NCBI RefSeq assembly: GCF_963921235.1
Contig: NC_086107.1
Location: 106,456,001 to 106,520,000 of the forward strand
Source of the DNA: Mobula hypostoma
Lineage: Eukaryota
DNA: 64,000 nucleotides
Direction: 5' to 3'
A model generated the notes under the pieces. The model had not been told where the DNA came from. It made no database searches and saw only the letters and a program-made list of their open reading frames with translations. Positions within the stretch are counted from its first letter, which is position 1. The number at the start of each line of letters is the position of its first letter. The translations under genes and the position numbers were made by a program. Below, in pieces: positions 1 through 14,710 of the stretch.

Positions 1-583
1 GTTCCACATTGACTTCATTTGCAACTCACTCCAAGGGGTTATGCTGCTGCTGTGTGTTGGTTTAAATGGACACAAACTGAATCCGGTGTGATATCATCAC
101 CTGATACTGGGTCAGTGAGGGAAAGGTTTCACTCTTGCTCCATTTGACACACATAATTGACACAGTGCTTCCATTACATACCACAAGTCCTATTCGATGC
201 GTTTTTAAATGAAGCAGAGCATCCCAGTTTGCAGCCAATTTCCAAACTTAAGAGTTAGTGTAATTAAGACTACAACTTCTCAGTACTTCCAGGTAAACCC
301 AAACACTGTTTCCTCTAAGCTGCACCGGTACATAGCCATGCAATAACAGAAATTCTCCTTTGTTGCCGAGCAGCTGGAGTAATGACAGGCGAGGGAAAAG
401 GTTACAAAACGTGAAAGATTTTTTGTACTATATATAATTATGCCTTTCAATTAATAAATAAAATCAAGTGTACGTGATCTCTCAATTTTCATTCTAAGTA
501 TTCATAGTATGCATATTACAAAAATAAGTTTAAAGGCTGTGTAAAAATTTCTTGCACCAAACAATGGTTTGTCTGCACAGGTT

Positions 584-1011
<428 letters not shown>

Positions 1012-2449
1012 AATTTTTTGCACTGTTAAAATAAAACATTTGAAGCTACTTTCCAGAACGGTTGTCTTGTTAATTGTTCACCACATGAGATATGGGGACA
1101 AGTGGCCAAAATCTTAGGTCTTGGCGGATGTCTTTGTGGAGGAGTGAGATAGAGAAGTTTTGAGGGAAGGAAATATAGAACCTGGGGCCTTGGCAGTCAG
1201 GCAAAGTTGGAAATGTTGGAGTAATACACTCAGACATGATGTTAGAGGAACACTGATCTTGTCATGATGGGGGAGGTCAGAGGTGAGGAAGGGTATAGAT
1301 TTAGAATTGCAAGTTACGTGTTGCTTCTCTGCTGGACCAATAGAAGTTAGCAATTAAAAAGATAATTTGTGGGGGGGGTGAGATTGAGGATAAGGGCAGT
1401 AAACTGTTTTCTATTCTCTCCATTAATCACTACACTTTTCCCAGATAGTATTGAATCTGTGGAATTCTCTGCTCAGGGAAGCAGCATTAATTACGTATAT
1501 TTGAGATGCAGTTAGATTTTTTTTTTGTATAGCAAGGGAATTAAGACTTATGGGGAAAAGGCAGATAGGTAAAGCTGATTCCAGGGCCAGGTCAGCTCTG
1601 GAATGGTGGAGAAGGCTCGACAGACCAGATGGCTTACTCCTGTTTCTGAAAGCTTTCAGTACCTTGTTTCTGGGGATTTCTCTTGACCATCTCTTTGTCT
1701 CCAGGGTAAACTGTTTCCACTCCAGGTCCAAGGTGACTGAGGCCATTGTGGTAACTAGGCCATTTCCGCTCCTAGGAAGGTTGTGGGGGGGGGGGCATTT
1801 GACTAGGTGGGTGGCGATGTCTTTTTGCTTCACTTCTGCGTGACCCAGATTTCAGTGTGCAAGTGTCCACATTTTGAGTGGCCGTACACCTACAAGTCAA
1901 TGGACATGTTGATTTTCCAAGTTTGATGTAAGAACATTCCTGGAGTTTTTATTTCTACCCTCATTGTAATTCCCAGTAATTGTCTTAGTTATTCTAAGAT
2001 GGAACTTAGAATAACATGCTTCTGTCAGACTCTGATATATTTTTAAAACTTAATATTATTTATTTTTGTTATATAACCAAAGAAGCCCATTCACCAAACC
2101 CAGCCAAGTGTATATTAAAACCTTGGTGTTGGGGATGTTGGCATGGGTGAGGACATTGATGTTGCTTCACTTGACCTGCAATATTTTGCAGAGACAATAG
2201 ATCTCTGGTTCTTCAAGATGACTGTCCTTGTATCCTTGTAGAAACAGACTGTTTGGCGTAGTCTGTTTTCAGAACAACAATACAATCAATTCCATCATTC
2301 CTGCTATAAAATCTTCAGACACTTGTTTCAATAAGATCATAATTTTTTTAAAAACTTGAGTATAGGCCAAATCAACTTGGTTGTTACTTGTAAGAAGGAC
2401 CATTAATTTTCTGCACTGTATCCAAAGCAAGTGTGTCCTTTCTTTAGTG

Positions 2450-2528
2450 CAGGGGTTCCCAACTTGCAGTCCACAGACCCCTCAGTTAATGGTAGAGGTC
2501 CATGACGTAAGAAAGTTGGGAACCCCTG
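2450..2528. mobile_element. 79-bp hAT-type MITE
   Basis: TIRs CAGGGGTTCCCAAC / GTTGGGAACCCCTG and a perfect 8-bp TSD CTTTAGTG (2442-2449, 2529-2536); second copy at 18528-18604. Confidence 0.85.
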
Positions 2529-3719
2529 CTTTAGTGTATACTTTAAAGGAGACCCAAATCATGTGCAGTAATTCAGTGAAGTCTTGCCAGTGTCTCTAAG
2601 GGTAACTTTAGAATGAGTTGGATTAACTGCAAAGTTCAAATAAAAATAATATATCTGTTTAATTGTATGTGGAAGGTAGAAGTGGACTAGAACCTAAAAA
2701 TATGCTAACTGCCAATTGCAGGAAAATGAGTCAAACGGGTACAATAACTATAATAGGCAGAGCGCAGAATGTTGAAGTAAAAACAAGGTAAATTGTGACT
2801 AATGTTTTATAAAGCATGCTCTGAGGTGGAAAGTGAAATTGAAACTAGTAACATCTGACAGAAACTCCAGGAAAAATCTTGGCATTTAAATAGCATGCTT
2901 TGTTGTTATAGTGTTTCACAGCGAGCAAAATGTTTTGTACGGTCATTGTAGTGTGCACAAACCTGATATCCCACCATTGATTAAACAGGAATCCCAGATC
3001 TATATGCTCTAATCTCTTCAATAAAAAGAAATACCAGTTTAACAATTTGGATTTAATCCTTTATTTGAAATGTCAACTGACTTGTGTATTTCTAGGGCTT
3101 TCCACTTTTTCCTCCGACTTCCAGCATTTGCAGATTTGACATTGTTTTCGTTGTTAGTGGGTTTACATTTCTTAATTCAGATTTAATTTTATTTAACATG
3201 TGCCATCAGAATGTGCCCCTTAAGTAACTATCTAGTGCTCCTTGATTCATGTAAGTAGACACTCAAAAAAAAAAAGCCCGTTAACACTACTTGGGACAAT
3301 TAAGTGACTCTTGGGTAAGCACATGGATGAAAGAAAAATGGAGGGCTATGGGGGAGGAAATGGTTAAAGGGTTGACACAACATCGTGGGGCGAAAGGCCG
3401 GTACTGTGCTGTATTATTCTACGTTCTCTTCAAAGCTGAGTGTGGCTGAAACTGAAGCTTGGTAAATTTAAATCTAGCAAGACGGTTTCACTTTTGATTG
3501 ACTTTAATTAATTGGAGGCAGATACAATAGGGTCTTTTAATGGAGCTTAGAAAAAATAGAGGGCTATGGTAACCTGAGGTAATTTCTAAAGTACATGTTT
3601 GGCACAGCATTGTGGGCTGAAGGGCCTGTATTGTGCTGTAGGTTTTCTAAGTTTCTATGTTTCTAATTGATTTGGGTAATTCTGCAGTCATTTTCTTTTG
3701 TTTTCTTCTTCTTGTCTAG

Positions 3720-3831
3720 TTTGTGTTGGTGAGCCCAAGTTCGGAGCAGTATGACTGTTTGTTGAAGCAGCTGAGAGAGCGGATGGATGAGGGGTGTGGG
3801 GAAACCATCTATGTGATCGGCCAAGGCTCGG
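3720..3831 (+). CDS. GTPBP1: GTP-binding protein 1, exon 2 (first coding exon in the window)
   Basis: Polypyrimidine tract + AG, GT donor; [37 protein letters not shown] matches the GTPBP1 N-terminal region; not in the ORF track. Confidence 0.95.
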
Positions 3832-4069
3832 GTAAAGTTTTCCTTTACTGATACTACCATGCATTTTATACCGTCAGCTTCAATGTATTCATTAAACTCC
3901 TTCCTAACCCTCGAGTGGCAGATAGAACATCACTGCTGGTGCTGGCAGATAGTGATATCTTTATCTTTCCAGTACTGGACAGCACACTTGTCTTTTCTGG
4001 GCAGTGGTGACGGTCATTGTGCATGCAGTCCGTTTCCTTCAGTTACCATTCTGTTTTCTGAGCCAGTCA

Positions 4070-4490
4070 GAGTACCTGCCCACCTACTACCTGTTACACC
4101 GATGGCATTTAGGGCAGCAATGAAGGTCCTCCATTTCTGGTGGTGCTGACTGGTTCCTTCATTGTGTTGGTAGTCCAGTTTTCTCTACTGTCAGTCATGC
4201 AAGACCCAGGTGGAGACTCAGGAATACTGTCACATACAGATGTAGAAGGATTCTTTATTGAGGTTTCTGTCAGATTTGTTTTACTAGTCAGGGTTGTTGA
4301 CCCTGAGCTGAACCCCTGAACCCGGACAACCAGTGTACCACTCTCAGTCTGGCCTCTACCCTTCGACCTATTTGGCATGGGTGACCCTGTGAAGAGCCAA
4401 AGCATAGAGCCCAGACCCAGCCAATATAGCTGTCCGGGACATTAAGGCATGCAGACCTCCAAACCAAAGCAGGTTTGTCCTCTTGGAGGA
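4070..4490 (-). mobile_element. RTE-clade-derived non-autonomous retroelement
   Basis: Inverted homologue of 57845-58152; the 3' part resembles the end of RTE ORFs (QRWRTFI.AL). Clade is inferred. Confidence 0.5.
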
Positions 4491-5072
4491 GTAGATAGAA
4501 TAATAGAAAGTTAGATGAGATGAATGTGTTGCTGAAGGGATGGCGCTGAGGAATAGGGGCACTTGGACATTTCTGGAGACCTATTAAGGAGGGATGGTTT
4601 GCAGTTAAATTAGAATAGAACCAACATCCAAGTGGGGAAGTTTACTAGCTCTTTTGTAGAAGGCTGCAACTAATTTGGAAGAGGATAGGGGATGAGAGCA
4701 GATGCTCAGATGGGAGGTAAAGGAGATAAAGATTAGCTTTATTGTCAGGTGTACGTCGAAGCACAATGAAATGTGCCACTTTGTGCCAGAGGCTTGTGCT
4801 GGGGGCAGCCATCAAGCGTCGCCACACTTCTGATGCCAATATAGCGTGCACACACAGCACTTTAATCTGATCCTATTATCTTTCGAATGTAGGAGAAGAA
4901 CAGGAGTACCTAGAGGAAAGTCACATGGAGTATGTACAAACTCTCTCAGACAGCGGCGGGAATTCAACTCCCATTGTTGATTGCTGGCTCTGTAAAGTGT
5001 TAGCTAATCACTACTCTACTGTGCTGCGCACATAATAGATAGTAAGTTCACTAGGCATTGCAGAAGGAATAG

Positions 5073-5257
5073 CCTACCCCCCTTGCCCTTCACCTGGTTT
5101 CACCTATCACTTGCCAGCTCCTACTGTTCTCCTCCCCCTCCACATTGCTTCTTCCCCCTTCATTTCCAGTCCTGATGAAGGGTCTCAGCCTAAAAAGTCA
5201 ACTGTTTGTTCCTCTCCATTGATGTTGCCTGACCTGCTGAGTTCCTGCTTGTGTGTG
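5073..5257 (+). mobile_element. Penelope-like element pLTR fragment with degenerate hammerhead
   Basis: CAGTC-CTGATGA-AGGGTCTCAGCC... motif; flanking direct repeat TTGCAGAAGGAATAG at 5058-5072 and 5258-5272. Confidence 0.75.
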
Positions 5258-5469
5258 TTGCAGAAGGAATAGATGAACATAAGGGGAACGTTAAGCTAAG
5301 TTGCATCTATATTAATGCAAGGAGTCTAATTAGGTATATCAATTTGAAGTTTTAATTCACAACTGAGACTACGGTATCATTGGCATAACTGGGTCTTCAG
5401 TATCCCAAAGCAGGAAATTTCAAGCAACAAAGAGGGTAATATGGCATTGCACCATTAGTCAAGAAGTGT

Positions 5470-5965
5470 ACATTTAATAGCCTCTTTATTAGGTACACTC
5501 TTTATTGCAAACATCTAATCAGCCAATCATGTGGCAGCAGCTCAGTGCAGACGTGGTCAAGAGGTTCATTTGTTGTTTAGACCAAAATTAGAATGGGAAC
5601 AAAATGGAATCTGAGTGACTTTGACTGTGGAATGATCGATGGTGCCAGTCGGGATGGATTGAGTATCTCGAACTGCTGATATCCTGGGATTTTCACCCAC
5701 GACACTTTCTAAAATTTACAGGGAATGACGTAAAAAGAAAGAAAAATCCAGTGAGCATCAATTCCGTAGGCAAAAGTGCCTTGTAATGAGATGGGTTAGA
5801 GGAGAATTGGTTCGATATGACAGACGGGTGACAGTAACTGAAATAATCATGTGTTACAGCAGTGGTGTGCAGAAGAGTATCTCTGAATGCACAACCTGTT
5901 GAACCTTGAAGTGGTTGGGCTAAATCAGCAGAAGGCCAAACTGGGTTCTATGTACCTCTGAGTGT
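5470..5965 (+). mobile_element. Degenerate Tc1-derived non-autonomous transposon
   Basis: Homologous to the copies at 12704, 32322 and 55453. Confidence 0.7.
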
Positions 5966-7159
5966 ATTACTTCAGCATTGAGGGAGGATATCCTAGAACA
6001 CCTATCAATTATGAAAATGTCAGAAATATCCCTGGCAGACAGGATTAAGGTAAATCTGGAGGTGTTTTATAAGATCACTTTGAAGACAGAAAGTAACCAG
6101 GGGAGAGTTGGGCTCATCAATGATGATGGAGAATCTGTATGTGGAATCAAAATAGATAGGTGAAGGTTCTCAGCCAAAAATGTTGACTGTTTATTTTCCT
6201 CCATGGATGCTGCCTGACCTGCTGAGTTCCTCCAACATTTTTCGTGTGTGTTGCTTGGGATTTCCAGCTTCTGCAGAATCTTGTATTTGATTCGTAGTTC
6301 TTTAAGATTTTAATACTACACTGGCCACAAGTGAAGTACCGGTTGGCTGGAAATGCTAAATATGCTTCCTTGCCTGTTTCCACCCGCCCCCCCCCCCCAA
6401 TCAAGAATGGCAGCAAAGCAAAAAAGCCTTTCAATTACAGACCTGTGAGTCTAACATCAGTATTGGGGAAGTTATCAAGAGGCAGGGTTAACGTTTATTT
6501 AAAAAGACAGACTAATTTGAGCAAGGGTTCGCAACCTTTTTTTAATGCCATGGACCCCTACTGTTAACTGAGAGTTAATATCGCTTTGTCAATGGCAGAT
6601 TTTATCTGACCAATTTGATTGGTTTTTTTTTTGACGACTTGAGTGTATTGATGAGGACAGTGCAGTAAATGTAGGCTATGTCGTTGTCAATAAGGCCTTT
6701 GACAAAATCCCACATGGGTCACTTTTTTTAAACAAAAGTAAAGCCTCAGGACAAGTCTGGATCCAAAATTGGCTTGGCTATAAGAAATTGAGTGTAGGCT
6801 CTTGGTGCTGGAGCTGCTTTTGTAAATAGATGCCTATGACTAAAAGTGTTTCAGAGGGATTAGTGAATGAGAATCTGGTTTATTATCACTGACAATTGTG
6901 AAATTTGTTTTGTAGGAGCAGCACAGTGCAAGAAAAAAAGATTACTATAAGTTGCAAAAACAAATATAGAGAAAAGTAGTGCAAAATGAGAGCAAAAAGT
7001 GAGGTAGTGTTCAAGGACCTTTCAGAAATTTGGTAGAGGTGAAGGAGCTGTTCATAAAACCATTGTGTGTCTTCAGGTGCTTGTAGCTCCTCCCTGTGAT
7101 AGCAACGAGAAGAGGTCATGTCCTGGGTGGTGGAGGAACCTTTGCTGTTTGTAATATAA

Positions 7160-8100
7160 GACCATAAGACAAAGGAGCAGAATTAGGCCATCTGGCCCAT
7201 CAAGTCTTCTCCGCCATTCAATCATGGCTGATCTTTTTTTTTCTATCTGCTCCTCAACTCTAGTTCCTGGCCATCTCCCCATAACCTTTGAGGCCATGTC
7301 CAATCAAGAACCTATCAATCTCTGCCTTAAATACACCCAACAACCTGGCCTCCACAGCTGCATGTAGCAACAAATTCACCACCCTTTGGCTAAAGAAATT
7401 TCTCTGCAACTCAGTTTTGAAAGGGTGCCCCTCTATCCCGAGGCTGTGCCCTCTTATCCTAGACTCTTCCACCATGGGAAACATCCTTTCCACATTGACT
7501 CTCTCTAGGCCTTTCAACATTTGAAAGGTTTCAATGAGATTCCCCCCTCATCCTTCTGAATTCCAGCGAGTACAGACCCAGAGCCATCAAACGTTCCTCG
7601 TATGATAACCCTTTCATTCCTGGAATCATCCTCGTCAACCTCTTCTGGACCCTCTGCAATGCCAGCACATCTCTTCTAAGATGAGGGGCCCAAAACTGTT
7701 CACAATACTCAAGGTGAGGCCTCACCGGTGCCTTATAAAGCCTCATAATTACATTCTTGCTCTTGTATTCCAGACCTCTTGAGATGAATGCTAAAATGGC
7801 ATTTGCCTTCCTCACCACTGACTCAACCTGCAAGTTAACCTTCAGAGTGCTCTGCGCAAGGACTCCCACGTGTCTCCGCATCGCAGATTCCTGAATTTTC
7901 TCCCCGTTTAGAGAATAGTCCGCACATTTATTTCTCCTACCAAAGTGCATGACCTTGCATTTCCCAACACTGTATTTCATTTGCCACTTTCTTGACCTTT
8001 CTCCTAATCTGTCCAAGTCCTTCTGCATCCTACCTGTTTCTTTAACACTACCTGCCCCTCCATCTATCTTCGTATCATCTGCAAACTTGGAAACAAAACA
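7160..8100 (-). mobile_element. CR1 LINE, 5'-truncated 3' fragment
   Basis: ORFs 7531-8028 and 7260-7520 give the CR1 ORF2 C-terminus (RPHLEYCEQFWAPH, RGHSL, FFSQRVVNL). Confidence 0.9.
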
Positions 8101-9538
8101 ATCATCTAAATCATTGAATGATTGAAATAGGTGAATGATTTGGATATGAATCTACGTGGCATGATTAGTGAGTTCAGAAGTGACACTAGAATGGGTATAG
8201 TCATTGACCACGTGGAATGAAGTTGCAGATTAGAGGGTGACATTGATGTTTTGCTGAAATGGGATAAGAAATGGCAGGTGGAGTTCAATATTGATAAATG
8301 TGAGGTGATGCATTTTCAGAGTACGAGTGAGGCTAAGACCATCAAAACAAGGATGTTCCTTTAGGACACGATGAGGAGCAATTTCTGTAGCCAGAGGGTG
8401 GTGAATCTGTGGAATTCATGGCCAGAGATGTCTGTGGAGGCCAAGTCACTGGGTATATTTAAAGCAGATGTTGATAGGTTCATAATTAGTAAAGGCATCA
8501 AAAATTACAGTGAGGGGACAGGAGAATGGGGCTGCGAGGGATAATAAATCAGCCATGATGGAATGGCGCAGCAGACTTGTTGGGCTAAATGGTTTAATTC
8601 TGCTCCTATGTCTTGTGGTCTTATAAATGTTAAGTTCAGGTTCAATGATCCTAGAATATGGCAATTGAGGATGAAAATGTGGTTACAAAGGTACATGGGA
8701 TGCTGATCTTCATTGAATATAAGAGCAGGGTGGTTATACTCAAAAACATTGTTCATGCTTCAGCTGGACTACTGGATGTTGCACTGATTGCCACTCTGTA
8801 GAAAATATGTCGTCGTACAGGGGGGATTCAGCAGGATGTTGATTGGGGTCCACCATTTCACTTGTAAGGAGAGGCTCGGTCTGTTTTCCCAGGAGCAGAG
8901 GATGGGACTGAGCTATGTAAAATTGAAGGGTACCGATAGGGTAGGCTGCAAGAATCTTTCTCCCTTTGTCAGAGGTGAATAAAAGTAAAGATTTAGGTTA
9001 GGGATAAAAATATTTACATGGGATCACAAAGAGAGTGGCAAGTGTCTCGAATACACTGCTGGTGAGTGTGCTAGAAGCAGAGTTGCTGATGACTACATAC
9101 AAATAGAGCCTAGGCATTGAAGACAATGAGCAAAGTGGTGGAAGATCAGATTAATATGGATAAGTCAGTGTGGATGTGATGAGCTGAATGGCCAGTTACC
9201 AGTGACTATGACTTTGACATTTATAATTTCTATATGTCTTCTGATTCAGCTCTTGGTTTAAAATTTCTGCCCCGAAAGTTCTAAAGAGCTGTAACAAGCA
9301 CCCATCTTCAATTAATGTTGCACAGCTGATTGCTATGTGAGTAAACCGAGCTCCATGCTTTTAATTTCTCTTCATTCCTAATTTTAATTTTTTTATATGG
9401 CTGGAAGTGTGACTGGGTCATTTTTTTTTTTAAGTTCCTTCTGGAAACAAAACCATACAATTACAGAAGGAAAATCAACGTATAGGGCAGGAAGGCAGCC
9501 CTGGCCTGCTCCATTTAATCCCTGGGTTCTCATTCCAG

Positions 9539-9719
9539 ATGGCAAGAACTACGGACTGAATGATGATGACATAGCAGCATCTGTGGCAACCGTTAAGAGT
9601 CTGTCTGAGCAGATCTACTCTGATCTGATTCTTCTACGTGAGCGCCAGGAGGCGGGTGGGAAAGTAGCTGACTACTTGGTGCGCAAACGAGTTGGGGAGA
9701 ATGATTTTTTGGAGGTCAG
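9539..9719 (+). CDS. GTPBP1: GTPBP1 exon 3
   Basis: AG/GT bounded, phases fit neighbours; [61 protein letters not shown]. Confidence 0.96.
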
Positions 9720-9991
9720 GTAAGGAATTGAAGAAGTCAAAATCTGATTTGTTTTTAAAAAAAAGAAATGGGAAGCTTAAAATATTTGGGTCAAGGTGTG
9801 CCTGTTGTTGGGGGCGGGTTGCACCTGAAATACCAACAATGCTTTTTATTTGTTTATTTAGAGATATAGGCCCTTCTGGCTGAAAAATCACATGCTGCGC
9901 AATTATGCCCATGTGACCAATTAACCTACAACCCCGTATCTTTTTTTGAAATACTGGAGCGCCCAGAGGAAATCCACATTGTCACGGGGAG

Positions 9992-10915
9992 AACATAGAA
10001 ACATAGAAACATAGAAAATAGGTGCAGGAGTAGGCCATTCGGCCCTTCGAGCCTGCACCGCCATTCAGTGCAATCATGGCTGATCATCCAACTCAGAACC
10101 CTGTACGTGCCATCTCTCCATACCCCCTGATCCCTTTAGCCACAAGGGCCATATCTAACTCCCTCTTAAATATAGCCAATGAACTGGCCTCAACTGTTTC
10201 CTGTGGCAGAGAATTCCACAGGTTCACCACTCTCTGTGTGGAGAGGTTTTTCCTCATCTTGGTCCTAAAAGGCTTCCCCTTTATCCTCAAACTGTGACCC
10301 CTTGTTCTGGACTTCCCCAACATCGGGAACAATCTTCCTGCATCTAGCCTGCACAATCCCTTTAGAATTTTATACATTTCAATAAGATCCCCCCTCAATC
10401 TTCTAAATTCCAGAGAGTACAAGCCTAGTCGATCCATTCTTTGATCATATGAAAGTCCTGCCATCCCAGAAATCAATCTGGTGAATCTTCTTTGTACTCC
10501 CTCAATGACAAGAATGTCTTTGCTCAGATTAGGGGACCAAAACTGCACATGGTACTCCAGGTGTGGTCTCACCAAGGCCTTGTATAATTGCAGTAGTACC
10601 TCCCTGCTCCTGTACTTGAATCCTCTCGCTATGAATGCCAGCATAGCATTCGCCTTTTTCACCGCCTGCTGTACCTGCATGCCCACTTTCAATGACTGGT
10701 GTATAATGACACCCAGGTCTCGTTGCACCTCCCCTTTTCCTAATCGGCCACCATTCAGATAATAATCTGTTTTCCTGTTCTTGTCACCAAAGTGGATAAC
10801 CTCACATTTATCCACATTAAATTGCATCTGTCATGAATTTGCCCACTCACCTAACCTATCCAAGTCACCCTGCATCCTCTTAGCATCCTCCTCACAGCTA
10901 ACATTGCTGCCCAAC
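9992..10915 (-). mobile_element. Young CR1 LINE, 5'-truncated, inserted inside a V-SINE
   Basis: 244-aa ORF nearly identical to the C-terminus of the 751-aa CR1 ORF; (TTCTATGT)n tail; SINE sequence continues on both sides. Confidence 0.93.
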
Positions 10916-11219
10916 CTCTTGCAGACAGCGGCAGAATTGAACCCTGGATGCTGGTGCTATAACAGTGTTTCAGTAATTGTAGCATTTGGGATTAGGGAAA
11001 ATTGCTGCTTATGTTTATTCCTCACTCCTATGTTCTGGAAAAACCTGGATTACATTTGTAGTACAGTTAACTTGTTGCTGCTACCTTGTGGATGCTTGTA
11101 AGATTATCTAGTTTTATCTCAGATATTGAGTGTCACTCAGGCAAATCAAATTACCTTTTCCACCCACCTCTTTCCCCTCCCCCCACCTTTTAATTCGGAC
11201 ATCTTTGCCCCTTCCCTTT

Positions 11220-11257
11220 TAGTCCTGAAGACGGGTCTCGGCCTGAAACGTCGACTG
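11220..11257 (+). ncRNA. Minimal type I hammerhead ribozyme motif (Penelope pLTR)
   Basis: TAGTC-CTGAAGA-C-GGG-TCTCGG-CCT-GAAA-CG-TC-GACTG: stem I, CUGANGA, stem II, GAAA, palindromic ACGU stem III, GUC site. Confidence 0.7.
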
Positions 11258-12028
11258 TTTGCTCTTTTCCATAGATGCCACTTGACCTGCTCTGTTCCTC
11301 CAGCATTTTGTGTGTTGCTTTGGATTTAAGCCGATTTTCTGCATCATGTGAAAATGTCCATACTAATGGTTGAAAGTTAACCAATTAGGTTTTAAGTGTT
11401 TGTTACCATTTAAACCTGGGATTCTTCAATGCAGTTGACGAGAAACGAGATATTCATGCATTTCTACTGCACTTTCTAGACACTCCAAAGCACTTCATGG
11501 CCAGTGAAGTCCTTTTAAGTGCAGTCACTGTTGTAGGAAATCTGGCAGTCATCCAGGAAATGATCAGTTATTTTTATTTGTGTAATGTTGGTCGAGGGCT
11601 AGACATCTGCCACTACAGCAAAGAGAACTCCCCTACTGCTTTATAAAATCTTGTCTACCTGGATAAACAATTGAACACAGAGCATTACCTCAGCTGCAGC
11701 ACTCCTTGTAGCCCCAGCATATAGTACTCCCATTTCTGGTATAAATCTACCCAGGACCAATTAAGTCCAGAGCTATCCACTGTTGATGGCCAAACCAAAA
11801 TGTAAAGCAGCTAATGGACTGCTCAGGAAGGAAAGTAAACTCTGATTTTGTTGGAAATTTGAACAAAAAGACAAGGCTATAAATACTCAGCTGAACAAGT
11901 GGCACTTGTGGAGAGAGAAAAATAGAACTAACATTTTGGCTTTGTAATCTATTGTTAGTTTAACTTTGGCACTAACCTTCCTGCAGTCATTTTTGATTTC
12001 AGCACACCTTGCAGCCTGCAGTTATTAG

Positions 12029-12478
<450 letters not shown>

Positions 12479-12703
12479 TGAAATGTTGGTCATTGTTACT
12501 TAGGCAAGCCAGGAGCCAATTTTGCACAAATAGATCCCAATGACTTTAGTTGTATTGGTTAAAGGGTAAAGATTGTTTCGAAGTTGAGAGAATTTGTATT
12601 CAAAACAATGGCAATTTTCATATCTATCTAAAAGGTGATAGATGTTGTGACACATCTAAAATGTACTCAGTACTACAGTGGATAGATTAGTGTTGATTAT
12701 ATA

Positions 12704-13225
12704 CACTCATGGGCCACTTTATTATGTACCTGCTGTACCTAATGAAGTGGCCACTGACTGTATGTTTGTGGTCTTCTGCTGCCATAGCCCATCCACTTAA
12801 AGGTTTGACTTACTCTGTGTTCAGAGATGGCTCTTCTCCATGCCACAGTTATAATGTAGTTATTTGAACTCCTTCCTGTCAGCTTTAGCCAGTCTGGCCA
12901 TTCTCCTCTAAGCTCTCTTATTAACATAGAACTGCCACTCACTGGGTGCTTTTGTTTCTTGCACCATTCTCTGTACTATCTAGAGACTGTTCATAAGATC
13001 AACAGTTTCTGAGATACTCAAACCACCCTGTCTGGCACCAGCAATCCTTCCATGGTTAATGTCACTTGGATCACGTTTCTTCCCCATTCTGATGTGTGGT
13101 CTGAACGACAACTGAATCCTTCGACCATGTCGGCACGCTTTATGTATTGAGTTGCTGCCACGTGATTGGCTGATTAGATACTTGCATTAATGAGTAGGTG
13201 TACCTAATAAAGTGGCCACTGAGTG
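12704..13225 (-). mobile_element. Tc1-derived non-autonomous DNA transposon
   Basis: TIRs CACTCA(G)TGGCCACTTTATTAGGTAC-like at both ends; decayed Tc1 transposase N-terminus (KWMGYGSRRP). Confidence 0.85.
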
Positions 13226-13719
13226 CAAATATTCAAGTGTTGATGGGGGAATTGAAGCTTAACTTTGAGATGATAGAGACATTGTAGTTAGTAAAGGGAA
13301 CTTCTGATAAAGTTTTGAACTTGTGATTTTCATTGCTTCTCTGCCTAGAGACTGACAGGAGCGAGTTTACCATGTAGGCACTGGTTTACTATGCTCAGGT
13401 CACTACCTGGTGAACATTGGCCACCAGGTAACCAGCTCAGAATGATAAAATCATGGGATAGTTGTCTGTGGGCAAATAACACCTCAGCTTGGTGCCATTT
13501 TTGTCTGATTCTAGATGCGCACATTTCAAAAGGTTAGGCACCATCGCTAACCAAAACACCAGTGTGCAATGCCCTTTTATGTGCCCTAGCGATAAATGTG
13601 CTGATGTGAAGAAGGGAGGAGAATACGTCCACCGTTCCTTCGAAGATAGCAAGACGGGGTTGATGGGCTTTTTTTTTTGTTTAAAAAGTATGAGATGTAA
13701 TTTTATATTCTGTGCCTCT

Positions 13720-14710
13720 ACCACACAGAAAATGCTGGAGGAACTCAGCAGGTCAGGCAGCATCTATGGAAACGAATAAAGAGTTGACATTTTGAACTGA
13801 GACCCTTCATCAGGACTGGAAAGCAAGGGGGAAGATGCCAAGGGGAAAAGGTGGGAGGAAGGGGAGAAGAAGCCAGGGAGTGGGCGAGGGTGGGGAGGAT
13901 GAATTAACCTGGAAGGTGATGGGTGGAAAAGGTAAAGGGCTGGAGAAGGAGGAGTATGATAAGGAGGAGCACCAGGAGGTGATCGGCAAGTGAGGAGAAG
14001 AGGTAAGAGGCCTGAGTGGGGAATAGAAGGGTGAAGGGAAAAACTACCAGAAAAAGAAATTGATATTCATGCTATCAGGTTGGAGGCTACCTAGACAGGA
14101 TATCAAGTGTTGCTCCTCCACCCTGAAAGTTGCCTCATTGTGGGAAAAGAGGAGGCCATGGACCGATATGTTGGAATGGGAAAAGGAATTAAAATGTTTT
14201 TTTTTGTGGCTGGAGTGGAGGTGCTTGAAAAAGCAGTCCTCCAATGTTATGTTGGGTCTCACAATGCAGAGGAGACCACATTGGGAGCACTGGATGGCCC
14301 CAACAGATTCGCAGGTGAAATGTTGCCTCACCTAGAAGGACTTCGGGGTGCTGAATGGAGGTGGGGAGAGGAAGTGAATGGGCTGGTGAAGTGCTTCTGT
14401 TGCTCTCAGGGTTATGTACTGGGTGGGAGATTAGTGGGGAGGGACGAATGGACAAGGAAATCATAGAGCAATCCCTGCGGAAAGTGGTGGTAGGGGGGCG
14501 GGGAGATGTGTTTGGTGGTAGGATCTCTTTGAAGATGGAAAATGATGTGTTAGATACAAAGGCTCATGGGGTGGTAGGTGAGGACAAGAGGAGCTCTATC
14601 CCTGTTAAGGTGGCGGGAAGGTGGGGTGACTGTGGATGTCCAGGAAATGGAGGAGGTGTGGGTGAGAGCAGCATCGATGGTGGAGGAAAGAAAACCATGT
14701 TCTCTGATAT
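13720..14710 (-). mobile_element. Penelope-like element 3' fragment (decayed GIY-YIG endonuclease + pLTR)
   Basis: ORF 14044-14331 FTCESVG...CSQCGLL...HFNS...EEQHLISCLGSLQPDSMNI resembles a PLE GIY-YIG C-terminus; degenerate hammerhead downstream on the same strand at about 13782-13819. Confidence 0.85.
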
